From positions 12,524,001 through 12,588,000 of the forward strand of contig NC_086097.1 of assembly GCF_963921235.1 (NCBI RefSeq): 64,000 bases of DNA, given 5' to 3'. Within the stretch, counting starts at the first letter, position 1. Each line of letters begins with the position of its first letter. This DNA is from Mobula hypostoma. Lineage: Eukaryota. This document shows positions 35,247 through 48,329 of the stretch, one piece after another. The notes beneath the pieces are model-generated. The model did not search any database. It was given only the letters and a program-made list of their open reading frames with translations, and had not been told where the DNA came from. The position numbers and the translations under genes are program-made.

Positions 35247-37400
35247 AGATGATTTGGACCAAGGGGACTGTTTCCTTGTTGTATACTCCGTCTATTTAAA
35301 AAAAAGTGTTCTGTCAAATCATCTCAAAGCACTTCAGACAATTATCACATTTATTGATCATTTTTAACATACATTTGTCAGGTATTCTATGCCAGTCAAT
35401 ATGTCTTATCCAATAAATAGGAGCTATTTAGTGACAGGTCACCCTATGGGAGGAGAAATACTGGTCAAGGTATTGGCAGGATTGCCAGTTGATTTATTTT
35501 TAAGATTTATTTATTGAGATACAGCATGGACTAGGCCCTTTGAGCCCTTCAGGCCACACTGCCCATCAAACCCCGGATTTCACTGTGGCCTAATCAATGG
35601 GCGATTCACAATGAGCAATTAACTTTAAACTGGTACATCATTGGACTGTGGGAGGAAACTGAAGCACCTGGAGGAAACCCAGTGACAGGAATTGAACGGG
35701 GGTTGCCAGTACTGTAAAGGGTTGTGCTAACCACTAAGCTACCATGCCCCTCTTATTTGATATTGATATTTATTGCTCACCTAAGCAATTAATCAAGAAC
35801 CATTGCTTATTGTCAGAAAGATGGCATTCATCATAGAGCACAAAACACGAAGTAGACTAAAGCGGTGTTTGGTCACTGAACCAAACAAATGTTCAGCAGT
35901 GGACATACAATGTACGCAGTTTCTTAAGTCAGCCCCACTGCCACAGAGGGAATAACATTTTGCAACTGGATAGTGATGGTATCTGCTTTTACATTTCATG
36001 TGTAAGCAGTTGCGAATGAATTACCAATGCATATATATACCATCACTAAAGCACTAGCTCAAGCATGGGCAAGAAGTCTTCTTTGTGCTTCTGCAGACAT
36101 TTATGTTTATTCCTCCTTGTCCGCACGCCCATCCATTATCACCGGTGCAATGACTTAGTAATTCGAATCAGTCTGCTAGGCACCCTCTTCATCCTTCTAA
36201 ATAAATCTAACATGCCCCGTATCTGCATTTCTTTCTGTAAAGCTGCTTTGTACCTCATCTCTACTCTTTGTAAGGAAGAGAATATGATGAACCATAATGA
36301 ATGTAACAGGGAGCTCAGTTCGACCTGGCATGAAAGGCCCTCCACTGGCCTTCTTCAGCAGGTATGTCTGAATCATGGGTGAAGAGCTGTTCCCTTGCCA
36401 AGATAACCTTGACAGTCTCAAAGGACTGAAAATAAAGCAACGGATGCCGTAATATTATGTCGCCAAGGGCTGGATTAGCAATGAAGTCTACAAAGGAATG
36501 ACAATCATTAGTAAGCATGAAGGAATTCCCACTGGGATAAAAAACAATTCAATGTGGTACCAATTATGCTCATGTCAATAACTGGAAAAATGAAATGGAT
36601 TGTTATGGAAATGATTGAAAGCTCTGGAAGTATGGAAATAACCTAATAAGTATCCAACTTTGTCTCAGATATGCTGGATGCTGCCCAACACAATTTTTTT
36701 GGCATATTTGAAAGAGTGACATCTCAAGTTTCCATCAAAGACACCTACGATTCTTGGATAACCTTTGATTTGAAAGGTTGCCTTTTGAGATTAACAGTGG
36801 ATAAGCTCATAGGCCACATGTAAGTAAATAAGGAATTCTGTAAAAAGAAGAATGAGACATTATGCAAGAGGCTTGATCAGAATTTAGAAATATGATCATT
36901 GTTTTTAATCTTGTGCAAACCCCTTTCAAGATGAAACATTCTGATGTCCTTTACATCTATTGGAGTATTTCTGATATACAATTGTTATTATTGTTATGAG
37001 TCCAGCAAGCCCCTGTGGCTTGAAATACAGTATTGGGCTTCTAGGTTTCTTGAGCACTTATATTTACTAATTATTATCTTCACTAGAGCCACTAATCTCC
37101 TGTACTTTTGGTTTAATCTGGTCAAGTTAATTGTGACTGGCATGGGTTTCCCACATTCTATGATTATTTAAAGGGGACTCTCATTTAAGCACTGTTGTGG
37201 AGTCCTCATGATGTTGCTTGGTCATGCCTCTGATGCTTTGTCGGTATTACTACGTTTCTATCTCTTCATGGAGAGTCTCCCATTCCTCCACACCTGGGTC
37301 CAGTCCTGTCAGCGACCACTGGGATATATTATAATATCAGGAATATAGCAGAGAGTTTGCTTTAGCAATGCAGAATGAGACATAAATTGATGATTTCTTA

Positions 37401-39718
37401 TCCATGCCGGGTCTTTATCATTCCCTCCGACCTTCAACTGTCTGAGGCAGAGCGCTCTGTCCTCAGTAAGGGCCTCACCTTTGTCCCCCTTCGCCCACAC
37501 CTCAGCGAGTTCCATGTTCGCCATGATGTGTAACTTTTCTTTCTCCGTCTCCGAGCCTACTTCTTCGGCAAGGACTCTTCCACCCCCACCGATGACCCCT
37601 TCTCCCGTCTTCAACCCTCCTCTTCTTCATGGACACCCAGCTCTGGTCTTCTGCCTGCTCTGGATCTCTTTATCGCTAACTGCCGACGGGACATCAACCG
37701 TCTCGACTTCACCGCACCTTGTCCCCATTCCAACCTCACTCCTTTGGAACGCTCTGCTCTCCACTCCCACCGCACTAATCCTAACCTTATTATTAATCCC
37801 GCTGATAAGGGGGGTGCTGTTGTAGTCTGGCGTGCTGACCTCTACCTTGCCGAGGCACAGCGACAACTCGTGGATACCTCCTCTTATTTATCCCTCGATT
37901 GTGACCCCACTAAGGAGCACCAGGCCATTGTCTCCCACACCATCACCGACTTTATCCGCTCAGGGGATCTCCCATCCACTGCTACCAACCTTATAGTTCC
38001 CACACCTCGCACTTCCCGTTTCCACCTCCTACCCAAGATCCACAAACCTGCCTGTCCTGGCAGACCTATTGTCTCAGCTTGCTCCTGCCCCACCGAACTC
38101 ATTTCTGCATACCTCGACACAGTTTTATCCCCCCTTGTTCAATCTCTTCCGACCTATGTTCGTGACACTTCTCACGCTCTTAAACTTTTCGATGATTTTA
38201 AGTTCCCTGGCCCCCACCGCTTTATTTTCACCATGGATGTCCAGTCCCTATATACTTCCATCCCCCATCAGGAAGGTCTCAAAGCTCTACGCTTCTTTTT
38301 GGATTCCAGACCTAATCAGTTCCCCTCTACCACCACTCTGCTCCGTCTAGCGGAATTAGTCCTTACTCTTAATAATTTCTCCTTTGGCTCCTCCCACTTC
38401 CTCCAAATTAAAGGTGTAGCTATAGGCACCCGTATGGGTCCTAGCTATGCCTGCCTTTTTGTTGGCTTTGTGGAACAATCTATGTCCGTGCCTATTCTGG
38501 TATCTGTCCCCTACTTTTCCTTCGCTACATCGACGACTGCATTGGCGCTGCTTCCTGCACGCATGCAGAGCTCGTTGACTTTATTAACTTTGCCTCCAAC
38601 TTTCACCCTGCCCTCAAGTTTACCTGGTCCATTTCCGACACCTCCCTCCACTTTCTAGATCTTTCTGTCTCTGTCTCTGGAGACAGCTTATCCACTGATG
38701 TCTACTATAAGCCTACTGACTCTCACAGCTATCTGGACTATTCCTCTTCTCACCCTGTCTCTTGCAAAAACGCCATCCCCTTCTCACAATTCCTCCGTCT
38801 CCACCACATCTGCTCTCAGGATGAGGCTTTTCATTCTAGGACAAGGGAGATGTCTTACTTTTTTAAAGAAAGGGGCTTCCCTTCCTTCACTATCAACTCT
38901 GCTCTTAAACGCATCTCCCCCATTTCACGTACATCTGCTCTCACTCCATCCTCCCGCCACCCCACTAGGAATAGGGTTCCCCTGATCCTCACCTACCACT
39001 CCACCAGCCTCCGGGTCCAACATATTATTCTCCATAACTTCCGCCACCTCCAACGGGATCCCACCACTAAGCACATCTTTCCCTCCCCCAGTCTCTCTGC
39101 ATTCCGCAGGGATCGCTCCCTACGCAACTCCCTTGTCCATTCGTTTCCCCCATCCCTCCCCACTGATCTCCCTCTTGGCACTTATCCGTGTAAGCGGAAC
39201 AAGTGCTACACATGCCCTTAAACTTCCTCCCTTACCACCATTCAGGGCCCCAAACAGTCCTTCCAGGTGAGGCAACACTTCACCTGTGAGTCGGCTGGGG
39301 TGATATACTGCATCCGGTGCTCCCGATGTGGCCTTTTATATATTGGCGAGACCCGACGCAGACTGGGAGACCGCTTTGCTGAACATCTACGCTCTGTCTG
39401 CCAGAGAAAGCAGGATCTCCCAGTGGCCACACATTTTAATTCCACATCCCATTCCCATTCTGACATGTCTATCCATGGCCTCCTCTACTGTAAAGATGAA
39501 GCCACACTCAGGTTGGAGGAACAACACCTTATATTCCGTCTGGGTAGCCTCCAACCTGATGGCATGAACATTGACTTCTCTAACTTCCGCTAAGGCCCCA
39601 CCTCCCCCTCGTACCCCATCTGTTACTTATTTTTATACACATATTCTTTCTCTCACTCTCCTTTTTCTCCCTCTGTCCCTCTGAATATACCCCTTGCCCA
39701 TCCTCTGGGTCCCCCCCG
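37401..39718 (+). mobile_element. Penelope-like element, RT plus GIY-YIG endonuclease, truncated and frameshifted
   Basis: 'LSKGLTFVP', 'PADKGGAVVV', 'LPKIHK..PGRPIVS', 'MDVQSLYTSIP', 'GVAIGTRMGPSYA', RYIDD at ~38524-38538, 'IYCIRCSRCGLLYIGET'. Confidence 0.95.
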
Positions 39719-40067
39719 CATAGGCATTAACCTCTAGTATTCAAGACATCTTCAATGAGCAATGCCTCAAAAAGGCAGCGTCCATCATTAAAGATCCCCA
39801 TCACCCAGGACATCCCCCCTTCTCATTTCTCCCGTCAGGAAGGAGGTACGGAAGCCTGAAGGCACACACTCAATGAGTCAGGAACAGTTTTTTCCCACCA
39901 CCATCAGAAGTGGAAAGAGTGGAAAGAATTTCAAGTTTCTGGGCATTAACATCTCTGAGGATAAATATTGGGCCCAACGTATCAATGCAGTGACAAAGAA
40001 GACATGACCATGGTTAAATTTCACTAGGAGCTTGAGGAGATTTGAAGCATCACCAAAAATGCTCTCA

Positions 40068-41183
40068 AAGTAAGAAGGCATGGGATCCAAGGGGACATTG
40101 CTTTGTGGATCCAGAACTGGCTTGCCCACAGAAGGTAAAGAGTGGTTATGGACGGGTCATATTCTGCATGAAGGTCAGTGACCAGTGGTGTGCCTCAGGG
40201 ATCTGTTCTGGGACCCCTTCTCTTCGTGATTTTTTATAAATGACCTGGATGAGGAAGTGGAGGGATGGGTTAGTAAGTTTGCTGATGACACAAATGTTGG
40301 AGGTGTTGTGGATAGTGTGGAGGGCTGTCAGAGGTTACAGCAGGACATTGATAGGATGCAAAACTGGGCTGAGAAGTGGCAGATGGAGTTCAACCCAGAT
40401 AAGTGTGAAGTGGTTCATTTTGGGAGGTCAAATATGATGGCAGGATATAGTATTAATGGTAAGACTCTTGGCAGTGTGGAGGATCAGAGGGATCTTGGGG
40501 CCTGAGCCCATAGGATGCTCAAAGCAGCTGCACAGGTTGACTATGTGGTTAAGAAGGAATATGGTGTGTTCATTTTCATCAATCATGGAATTGAATTTAG
40601 GAGCCAACAGGTAATGTTGCAGCTATGTAGGATCCTGGTCAGACCACACGTGGAGTACTGTGCTCATTTCTGGTCGCCTCACTTCAGGAAGGATGTGGAA
40701 ACCATAGAAAGGGTGCAGAGGAGATTTACAAGGATGTTGCCTGGATTGGGGAGCATGGCTTATGAGAATAGGTTGAGTGAACTCAGCCTTTTCTTCTTGG
40801 AGAATGAGAGGTGACCTGATAGAGCTGTATAAGATGATGAGAGGCATTGATTGTGTGGATAGTCAGAGGTTTTTTCCCAGGGCTGAAATGGCTGCCACAA
40901 GAGGGCACAGGTTTAAGGTTCTGGGGAGTAGGTACAGTGGAGATGTCAGGGGTAAGTTTTTTTACGCAGTGCGTGGTGAGTGCGTGGAATGGGCTGCCAG
41001 CAACGGTAGTGGAGACGGATATGATAGGGTCTTTTAAGAGACTTTTGGATAGGTACATGGAGCTTAGAAAAATAGAGGGCTGTGGGTAACTCTAGTAATT
41101 TCTAAGGTAGAGAAAAGTTCGGCACAACTTTGTTGGCCGAAGGGCCTGTATTGTGCTGTAGGTTTTCTATGTTTCTATGTTTC
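40068..41183 (+). mobile_element. CR1 (family B) 3' half
   Basis: 'SKFADDT', 'WAEKWQMEFNPDKC'; (TTTCTATG)n tail; similar to 31280-32380. Confidence 0.92.
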
Positions 41184-41410
41184 TGGATGTACAGTGGAGA
41201 GCATTCTCACTGACTTCATCACCATCTGGTATGAGGGGTGGTGGGGGTGCCACTGTACAGGATCGAAATAAACTGCAGAGTTATAAACTTATCCTCCCCA
41301 GCATCCAGGACGTCTTCAAGGAGCAATGCCTCAAAAAAGGTGGCATCCGCTGTTAAGGACACCCATCACCCAGGATGTGCCCTCTTCTCATTGCTACCAT
41401 CATGGAGGAG

Positions 41411-43197
41411 AACATAAGAACATAAGAAATAGGAGCAGGAGTAGGCCATCCGGCCCATCGAGCCTGCCCCGCCATTCAATAAGATCATGGCTGATCTGTC
41501 CATAAACTCAGCTCCATCTACCTGCCTTTTCCCTATAACCCTTAATTCCCCTACTATGTAAAAATCTATCTAACTGCATCTTAAATATATTTAGTGAAGA
41601 AGCCTCAACTGCTTCCCTGGGCAGAGAATTCCACAGATTCACCACTCTCTGGGGGAAAAACAGTTTCTCCTCATCTCCGTCCTAAATCTTCTACCCTGAA
41701 TCTTGAGGCAATGTCCCCTACTTCTAGTCTCACCTACCAATGGAAACAACTTTCCTACTTCCATCTTATCTATCCCTTTCAAAATTTTGTATGTTTCTAT
41801 AAGATCCCCTCTCATTCTTCTGAACTCCAGAGAGTATAGTCCCAGGCGACTCAATCTCTCCTCAGAGATTAACCCCTTCATCCCTGGAATCAAACTGGTG
41901 AAAATCCTCTGCACTGCCTCCAAAGCCAGTATATCCTTCCTCAAGTATGGAGACCAGAACTGTACACAGTACTCCAGGTGAAGCCTCACCAGTACCCTGT
42001 ATAGTTGCAGCGTGACCTCCCTGCTCTTGAATTCAATCCCTCTAGCAATGAAGGCCAACATTCCGTTTGCCTTCTTAATAACCTGTTGTACCTGCAAGCC
42101 AACTTTTTGCGATTCATGAACAAGCACTCCCAAGTCCCTCTGCACAATAGCATGCTGCAACCTTTCACCATTTAAATAATAATCTGCTCTTCTATTATTC
42201 CTTCCAAAGTGGATGACCTTGCATTTGCCAACATTGTATTCCATCTTCCAGACCTTGGCCCATTCACTTAACCTATCTATGTCCTGCTGCAGACTCTCCA
42301 CATCCTCTGTACAATTTGCTTTTCCACTCAGTTTAGTGTCATCAGCAGATTTTGCTACGCTATAGTCAATTCCCTCTTCCAAATCATCAATGTAAATGGT
42401 AAACAGCTGAGGGCCCAGCATCGACCCCTGCGGCACCCCACTCACCGCTGAATGCCAACTGGAGAAACACCCATTTATACCAACTCTCTGCCTTCTATCG
42501 GTTAACCAATCCACTATTCATGCCAATACACTTCTTTCAACTCCATGCATCCATATCTTATTTATAAGTCTCTTGTGCGGCAGCTTATCGAACGACTTCT
42601 GGAAATCCAAGTATACGACATCCACCTGTTCCCCTCCATCCACTGCACTCATTATGTCCTCAAAGAACTCGAGTAACTTTGTCAAACAGGACCTGCCCTT
42701 TCTGAATCCATGCTGTGTCTGTCTAATGGAATCACTCCTTTCTAAATGTTTTGCTATCTCTTCATTAATGACAACTTCAAGCATTTTTCTGACTACAGAT
42801 GTTAAGCTAACTGACCTATAGTTGCCCATCTTTTGCCTACATCCTTTTTAAAAAGTGTGGTGACATTTACTGTCTTCCAATCCGCTGAGACCTGCCCAGA
42901 GTCTTGAGAGTTTTGATAAATGATTACCAACGCTTCTGCTATAACCTCCACCAATTCCCTCAGCACCTTGGGATGCATCCCATCAGGACCAGGGGACTTA
43001 TCTACCTTCAGGCCCTCTAGTTTTCTCATCACTATCTCTTTAGTGACAGTGATTTTATCGAAGTCCTCACCTCCCATTTCGTCCCTAACATCCTTCTTTG
43101 GCATATTAGATGTGTCCTCCACTATGAAGACCGACACAAGATAGTCGTTCAATGCCTCAGCCATTTCCTTATCATCCAATATCAATTTCCCTTTCTC
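41411..43197 (-). mobile_element. CR1 RT and 3' UTR (family D)
   Basis: ORFs 42802-43266, 42518-42829, 41639-42514; (AACATAAG)n tail. Confidence 0.92.
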
Positions 43198-43368
43198 GTA
43201 CAGGAGGTACAGGAGCCTGAAGGCACACACACAAAGATTCAGGAACGGCTTCTTCCCCATCACCATCAGATTTCTGAATGGTCATTGAATCCATGATCAC
43301 TACCTCACTACATTTCTAATTGCTATTTTTGCACTACTTTTTAAATTTAACTAATTAATAAATATATA

Positions 43369-45283
43369 CAGTGGCATGCAAAAGTTTGGGCACCCCTGGT
43401 CAAAATTTCTGTTACTGTGAAAAGCTAAGGGAGTAAAACATGGACTGATTTCCAAAAGGCATAAAGTTAAAAATGACACACTTCTTTAATATTTTAAGCA
43501 AGAAAACTCTTTTATTTCCATCTTTTACAGTTTCAAAATAACAAAAAACGAAAAGGGCCTGAAGCAAAAGTTTGGGCACCCTGCATGGCAGTACTTAGTA
43601 ACACCCCCTTTGGCAAGTATCACAGCTTGTAAGCGCTTTCTGTAGCCAGCTAAGAGTCTTTCAATTCTTGTTTGGGGAATTTTCGCCCATTCTTCCTTGC
43701 AAAAGCTGTGAGATTCTTGGGCTGTCTTGCACGCACTGCTCATTTGAGGTCTATCCACAGATTCTCGTTGATGTTTAGGTCAGGGGACTGTGAGGGCCAT
43801 GGCAAAACCTTCAGTTTGCGCCTCTTGAGGTAGTGCATTGTGGATTTTGAGGTGTGTTTAGGATCATTATTCTGTTGTAGAAGCCGTCCTCTTTTCATCT
43901 TCAGCTTTTTTACAGACAGTGTGATGTTTGGTTCCAGAATTTGCTGGTATTTAATTGAATTCATTCTTCCCTCTACCAGTGAAATGTTCCCCGTGCCACT
44001 GGCTGCAACACAAGCCCAAAGCATGATCGATCCATCCCCATGCTTCCCAGTTGGAGAGGCGTTCTTTTCATGAAATTCTGCACCCTTTTTTCTCCAAACA
44101 TATCTTTACTCATTGTGGCCAAAAAGTTCTATTTTAACTTCATCAGTCCACAGGACTTAGAAACATAGAAACATAGAAAATAGGTGCAGGAGTAGGCCAT
44201 TCGGCCCTTCGAGCCTGCACCGCCATTTATTATGATCATGGCTGATCATCCAACTCAGAACCCAGCCTTCCCTCCATACCCCCTGACCCCTGTAGCCACA
44301 AGGGCCATATCTAACTTCCTTTTAAACATAGCTAATGAACTGGCCTCAACAGTTTGCTGTGGCAGAGAATTCCACAGATTCACCACTCTCTGTGTGAAGA
44401 AGTTTTTCCTAACCTCGGTCCTAAAAGGCTTCCCCTCTATCCTCAAACTGTGACCCCTCGTTCTAGACCTCCCCAACATCGGGAACAATCTTCCCGCATC
44501 TAGCCTGTCCAATCCCTTTAGGATCTTATACGTTTCAATCAGATCCCCCCTCAATCTTCTAAATTCCAACGAGTACAAGCCCAGTTCATCCAGTCTTTCT
44601 TCATATGAAAGACCTGCCATCCCAGGAATCAATCTGGTGAACCTTCTTTGTACTCCCTCTATGGCAAAGATGTCTTTCCTCAGATTAGGGGACCAAAACT
44701 GCACACAATACTCCAGGTGTGGTCTCACCAAGGCCTTGTACAACTGCAGTAGTACCTCCCTGCTCCTGTACTCGAATCCTCTCGCTATAAATGCCAGCAT
44801 ACCGTTCGCCTTTTTCACCGCCTGCTGTACCTGCATGCCCACTTTCAATGACTGGTGTATAATGACACCCAGGTCTCGTTGCACCTCCCCTTTTCCTAAT
44901 CGGCCACCATTCAGATAATAATCTGTTTTCCTATTTTTGCCACCAAAGTGGATAACTTCACATTTATCCACATTAAATTGCATCTGCCATGAGTTTGCCC
45001 ACTCACCCAACCTATCCAAGTCACCCTGCATCCTCTTAGCATCCTCCTCACTGCTAACACTGCCACCCAGCTTCGTGTCATCCGCAAACTTGGAGATGCT
45101 GCATTTAATTCCCTCATCCAAGTCATTAATATATATTGTAAACAACTGGGGTCCCAGCACTGAGCCTTGCGGTACCCCACTAGTCACCGCCTGCCATTCT
45201 GAAAAGGTCCCGTTTATTCCCACTCTTTGCTTCCTGTCTGCTAACTTGTTTCCAAAATGCATCAGGCCTGTTTAGATGTTCCT
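43369..45283 (-). mobile_element. Second copy of the Tc1, interrupted by a CR1 and truncated at ~45283
   Basis: TA+CAGTGGCATGCAAAAGTTTGGG; 'QQNNDPKHTS..SPDLNINENLW'; Tc1 sequence resumes at 45244-45283. Confidence 0.9.
44159..45243 (-). mobile_element. Young CR1 (family A) 3' part with open frame
   Basis: 335-aa ORF with 'GVPQGSVLGP' and 'FADD'; flanking ACTT at 44155-44158 and 45244-45247. Confidence 0.95.
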
Positions 45284-46070
45284 TTGAACCTTTTGAATTG
45301 AACTTTTGACTGCAATGAGCAAAGGTCCATTCTTAACTGATCCACCTCAGCTTCCTGAATGACCCTTCTACACTGCAAGCAATTTCGCTGCCTGTCTAGC
45401 TGAACCATAAAAGCAGAAAGCTTCTCCCCTTCTCCTGACGCAGGTTCTGAAACCCCACCATGAGCTCCATTGGGCTTCCTGTCGGGCCAAAAGAGCTTTC
45501 CAGTGCTCATAGGTAATCACTCACATTTGCTAGGGGATACGTCAACCTGATGGCTCTCACAAAGTCAATGGCCCGCCCATTCAAACTTTCAACCAATCTC
45601 TGCCGTTTTACGTCATCAGAGCAACTGATCTAACAACTGAGAGCCCCGCTCCGCCCAAGTCTCATACTCCTCCTCCCCTTTAGGGGTGAGCATTATTCCA
45701 GAGAATAGGCAGAACCTACCATAGCTGGGACTTTGAACCTGATTTTGCCATTTATTCACCAGAGGGCTAAGGGCAGATACTAACTCAGAATTCTCACTCT
45801 TTACTGGGGAGTATGGACTAATTACACATTCCAAATACCCTCACTCCTGAGAAACGATCGATCCCTGTCTTTGAACTCTCCGCCCCCAGCTACTGCTATG
45901 TCAGCACTGGTCCGCATTAAACCGAGAGCTGCGACCGCCATTTTATCAAACCTCTGCCCACAATCGCAACTTTAACAGTACTTAACAAGTGAATTAACAA
46001 TTCACCTGGAGTACGAATATCTACCCTATTGTTTCAATGCTCAGAGTTATCACACAACATCCAACGGAGT
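45284..46070 (-). pseudogene. Ty3/Gypsy gag remnant of the PNMA-related type
   Basis: 'SYGRFCLFSG..PKGEEEYETWAE..QLLD', then 'SDDVKRQRLVESLNGRA' and 'GEKLSAFMVQLDRQ'. Confidence 0.75.
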
Positions 46071-46072
46071 CA

Positions 46073-46093
46073 ATCCCGGACGAGCTCCCGCAA
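46073..46093 (-). promoter_or_regulatory. Primer-binding site, tRNA-Pro type
   Basis: Minus strand TGCGGGAGCTCGTCCGGGAT right after the LTR, versus canonical TGGGGGCTCGTCCGGGAT. Confidence 0.8.
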
Positions 46094-46094
46094 T

Positions 46095-46670
46095 TGTAAC
46101 TCTCGCTTCAGCTGAATAGAGGGGATGAAAGCCCCCCCGGCCCGGCCTAACTTAAGAAATCTCGTTCAGGTGGATGCTGCACGATGTGTTCCCTGTTACA
46201 AAACAGTACCACAAAATAACAAACAGTACACAATATGTGATTAAACAATTGAACTTTATAATTCTTCATTTGACTATGTGGTTAGTAAAGAAAACTAGTA
46301 AAGAAAAAGGGACCGTTCTCATGAACCAGTCTAATGAGCAATGTTGGAGCTCATTGATAAGGCTGTTCGTCCACCATCAACCTTCTCCGATCGTCGCTGC
46401 CCTTCGGACCCTCACTCCAAGACCACTCCGTCTGGCGGTCTACCAACTCCCTCCATTTGCATCTTCTCTCCCCCTCTCTCCCCGGCAAAAGTCCGCGAAT
46501 TCCCAGCTCCCAGACACACAAGAAAGAATGACATCCGGCTCATCGGCTAACATGTCCCGTTATCTCTGGTCATAACCCAGATCTTGCTGCTACACAGGAA
46601 CCATTACCTTAGCATCGGAACATTACAGAGAAGTCATTACATCAGCAGTGAAACCTTACAGCATGTTACA
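46095..46670 (-). mobile_element. 5' LTR (576 bp) of the PNMA-type Gypsy element
   Basis: TGTAAC...GTTACA termini adjacent to PBS and gag. Confidence 0.85.
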
Positions 46671-46799
46671 CATGGTTAAGAGAAGCTTGGAGAGGTACAT
46701 GGATGGTATGGAGGGTTATGGTCCTGGTGCAGGTTGGCACAGACTGGATGGGCTGAAGGGCCTGTTTCTGTGCTGTACTTTTCTATGACTCTATGTTCC

Positions 46800-46960
46800 T
46801 TCAGAAGAACCCGACACCGTAGTCCTTCTCCACTAGGTCGCTGAGGTGGCTGTACCGACTGTGTTCCTCAGTCCGTGCCCCTGCAGCCTGGAACTTGCCA
46901 GTCAGCAGCATTCTTTCATGGACATCTCGATGACAGGCAAAAGCGTGTCTTTCAACGGTA
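46800..46960 (-). pseudogene. Degenerate Tx1/L1-clade ORF2 C-terminal fragment
   Basis: 'EMSMKECC*LASSRLQGHGLRN...*WRRTTV', resembling the C-terminus of fish Tx1-like LINEs from memory. Confidence 0.55.
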
Positions 46961-48329
46961 TGTTTAGTGGTTGGGGGAAAAAAAATACTTAAAGGGCCAC
47001 CCAGCTGCAGGCAAAGTGATAAGGTTCCAGGAGAAATGGATACATCTCTCCTTTAAGCAGACAGGCCTTTTCAGCCCTTTCAAAGATTGTCCTCAACAAT
47101 TGAACTTGTTCCTTTTTCTGCCTGGCTGGGAATTTTCTGCAGCAGAAGTGCGCGCCCATTTCAGGCCCAGGGTTAAAATCAACCCTGAGACATTTAAACA
47201 GGCATGATTAATCAATCAATCAATCAGTCAATGGCGCTCTGAGTTGGTCGACTGTAATTAGGGCGGAGTTTGCCTTCACAAAGTAACTTTTACTCCATCA
47301 ATCAAAGCCTCTGCATTCACATCATGGCAGGTTGAATTCCCTAGACATAACAATTGTAGAGAAAGTGTGACTCGCATTCCTCTTTATAGTTTGGACAATT
47401 TGTTAAAAGTGCATTTATGCAAAATAGATAAAAATGGTGCATTATCAGTAAATGGAGCGTTTTATGGTTATAACGTTTCCCATAATGATAAAAAAGCCTG
47501 TCCCAAGGGAATTCTGCTTTTCATCTCCGGCATGACGTTTAAGGGAACATCTCCAAAATCCTCACAGCGAACTTAATAACAATGAGTGGACTGATCAGAT
47601 TTAATTTGTCCCTGTAAGGAGAGATCTGCTTAATGTTTTTTTTTATCTTGCTGACAGATTTTTCTCAGAAGTGGAAGGCAAACTATTCTTATGGTGTCAG
47701 TGCTACTTTAAAATATCTCTGGAAGATTTTGTTTTGTTTTAAATTCTTTTTACATGTGACAGCAAGTCAGAACTCATGCATTACCTGGTCTTGTAGCAAA
47801 AAGTCTTAAAGTGTTTGACAAGGGCATCAGGCTTTGAGCAGTAATTGGGAGGTGAGGGAGACCAGACCATTGAAGATGCTTTAAAAATGTGGAGTTTAAG
47901 CTGGTTCTGAAAGTAGAGGGATATTTCGGCAAGTTAGTGTAGGAACTTAAGTTAATCAGTACTCTAACCCTTGGAAACTTCTCTGCAATCTTTAATATAG
48001 TCAATCACAGCACCCTCCTTCATTGCCTCATTTTATTTTAAACTTTATTTGGATAAAAGTGAATACTTGAATTGTAAAAAAAATCAAAGTCCAGTGTATT
48101 TTAATTCTGAGTTGCTGTGGAAAATAAAAGCTACTCAATTTTAAACACAATTTTTGAAGAGCCTCAGATGTCCTGGAGTAAATGAAAGTGATATTTCTTT
48201 TCTGAATGGAAGCCTGTCAGTCATCTGAAGACATGCAGCTGATTGGCCCTTAGGCCCATAGGAGAGGGTGCAAAGGAGATGGGTAATTAAAAAAACATTT
48301 TTAGTGTATTGTTATAACATGAATCTTCA

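Larger units (their letters stand above)
39720..43368 (+). mobile_element. Rex/L2-like LINE fragments (39720-39910, 39912-40065, 41185-41410, 43198-43368) split by two CR1s
   Basis: Colinear 'FKFLGINISED', 'CLKK..KDPHHPG', 'RRYRSLKAHTQRFRN' remnants. Confidence 0.7.

Noticed and set aside
36139..36345. Minus-strand ORF 'RVEMRYKAALQKEMQIRG' as a terminal exon
   Set aside because: Weak acceptor, no recognisable homology and no upstream exons
26937..39593. RT plus nuclease plus structured RNA read as a novel retron- or DGR-like system
   Set aside because: Each part belongs to a separate known retroelement (CR1, Penelope) juxtaposed by nesting; no template/variable repeat pair is present
45284..46070. 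Domesticated PNMA gene
   Set aside because: Frameshifted, truncated and still attached to LTR and PBS
46837..46957. Apparent 121-bp plus-strand exon (CCTTCTCCACTAG acceptor, GTATGT donor, one open frame)
   Set aside because: The minus strand translates to a decayed Tx1/L1-like C-terminus, the peptide is unrecognised and no partner exons were found
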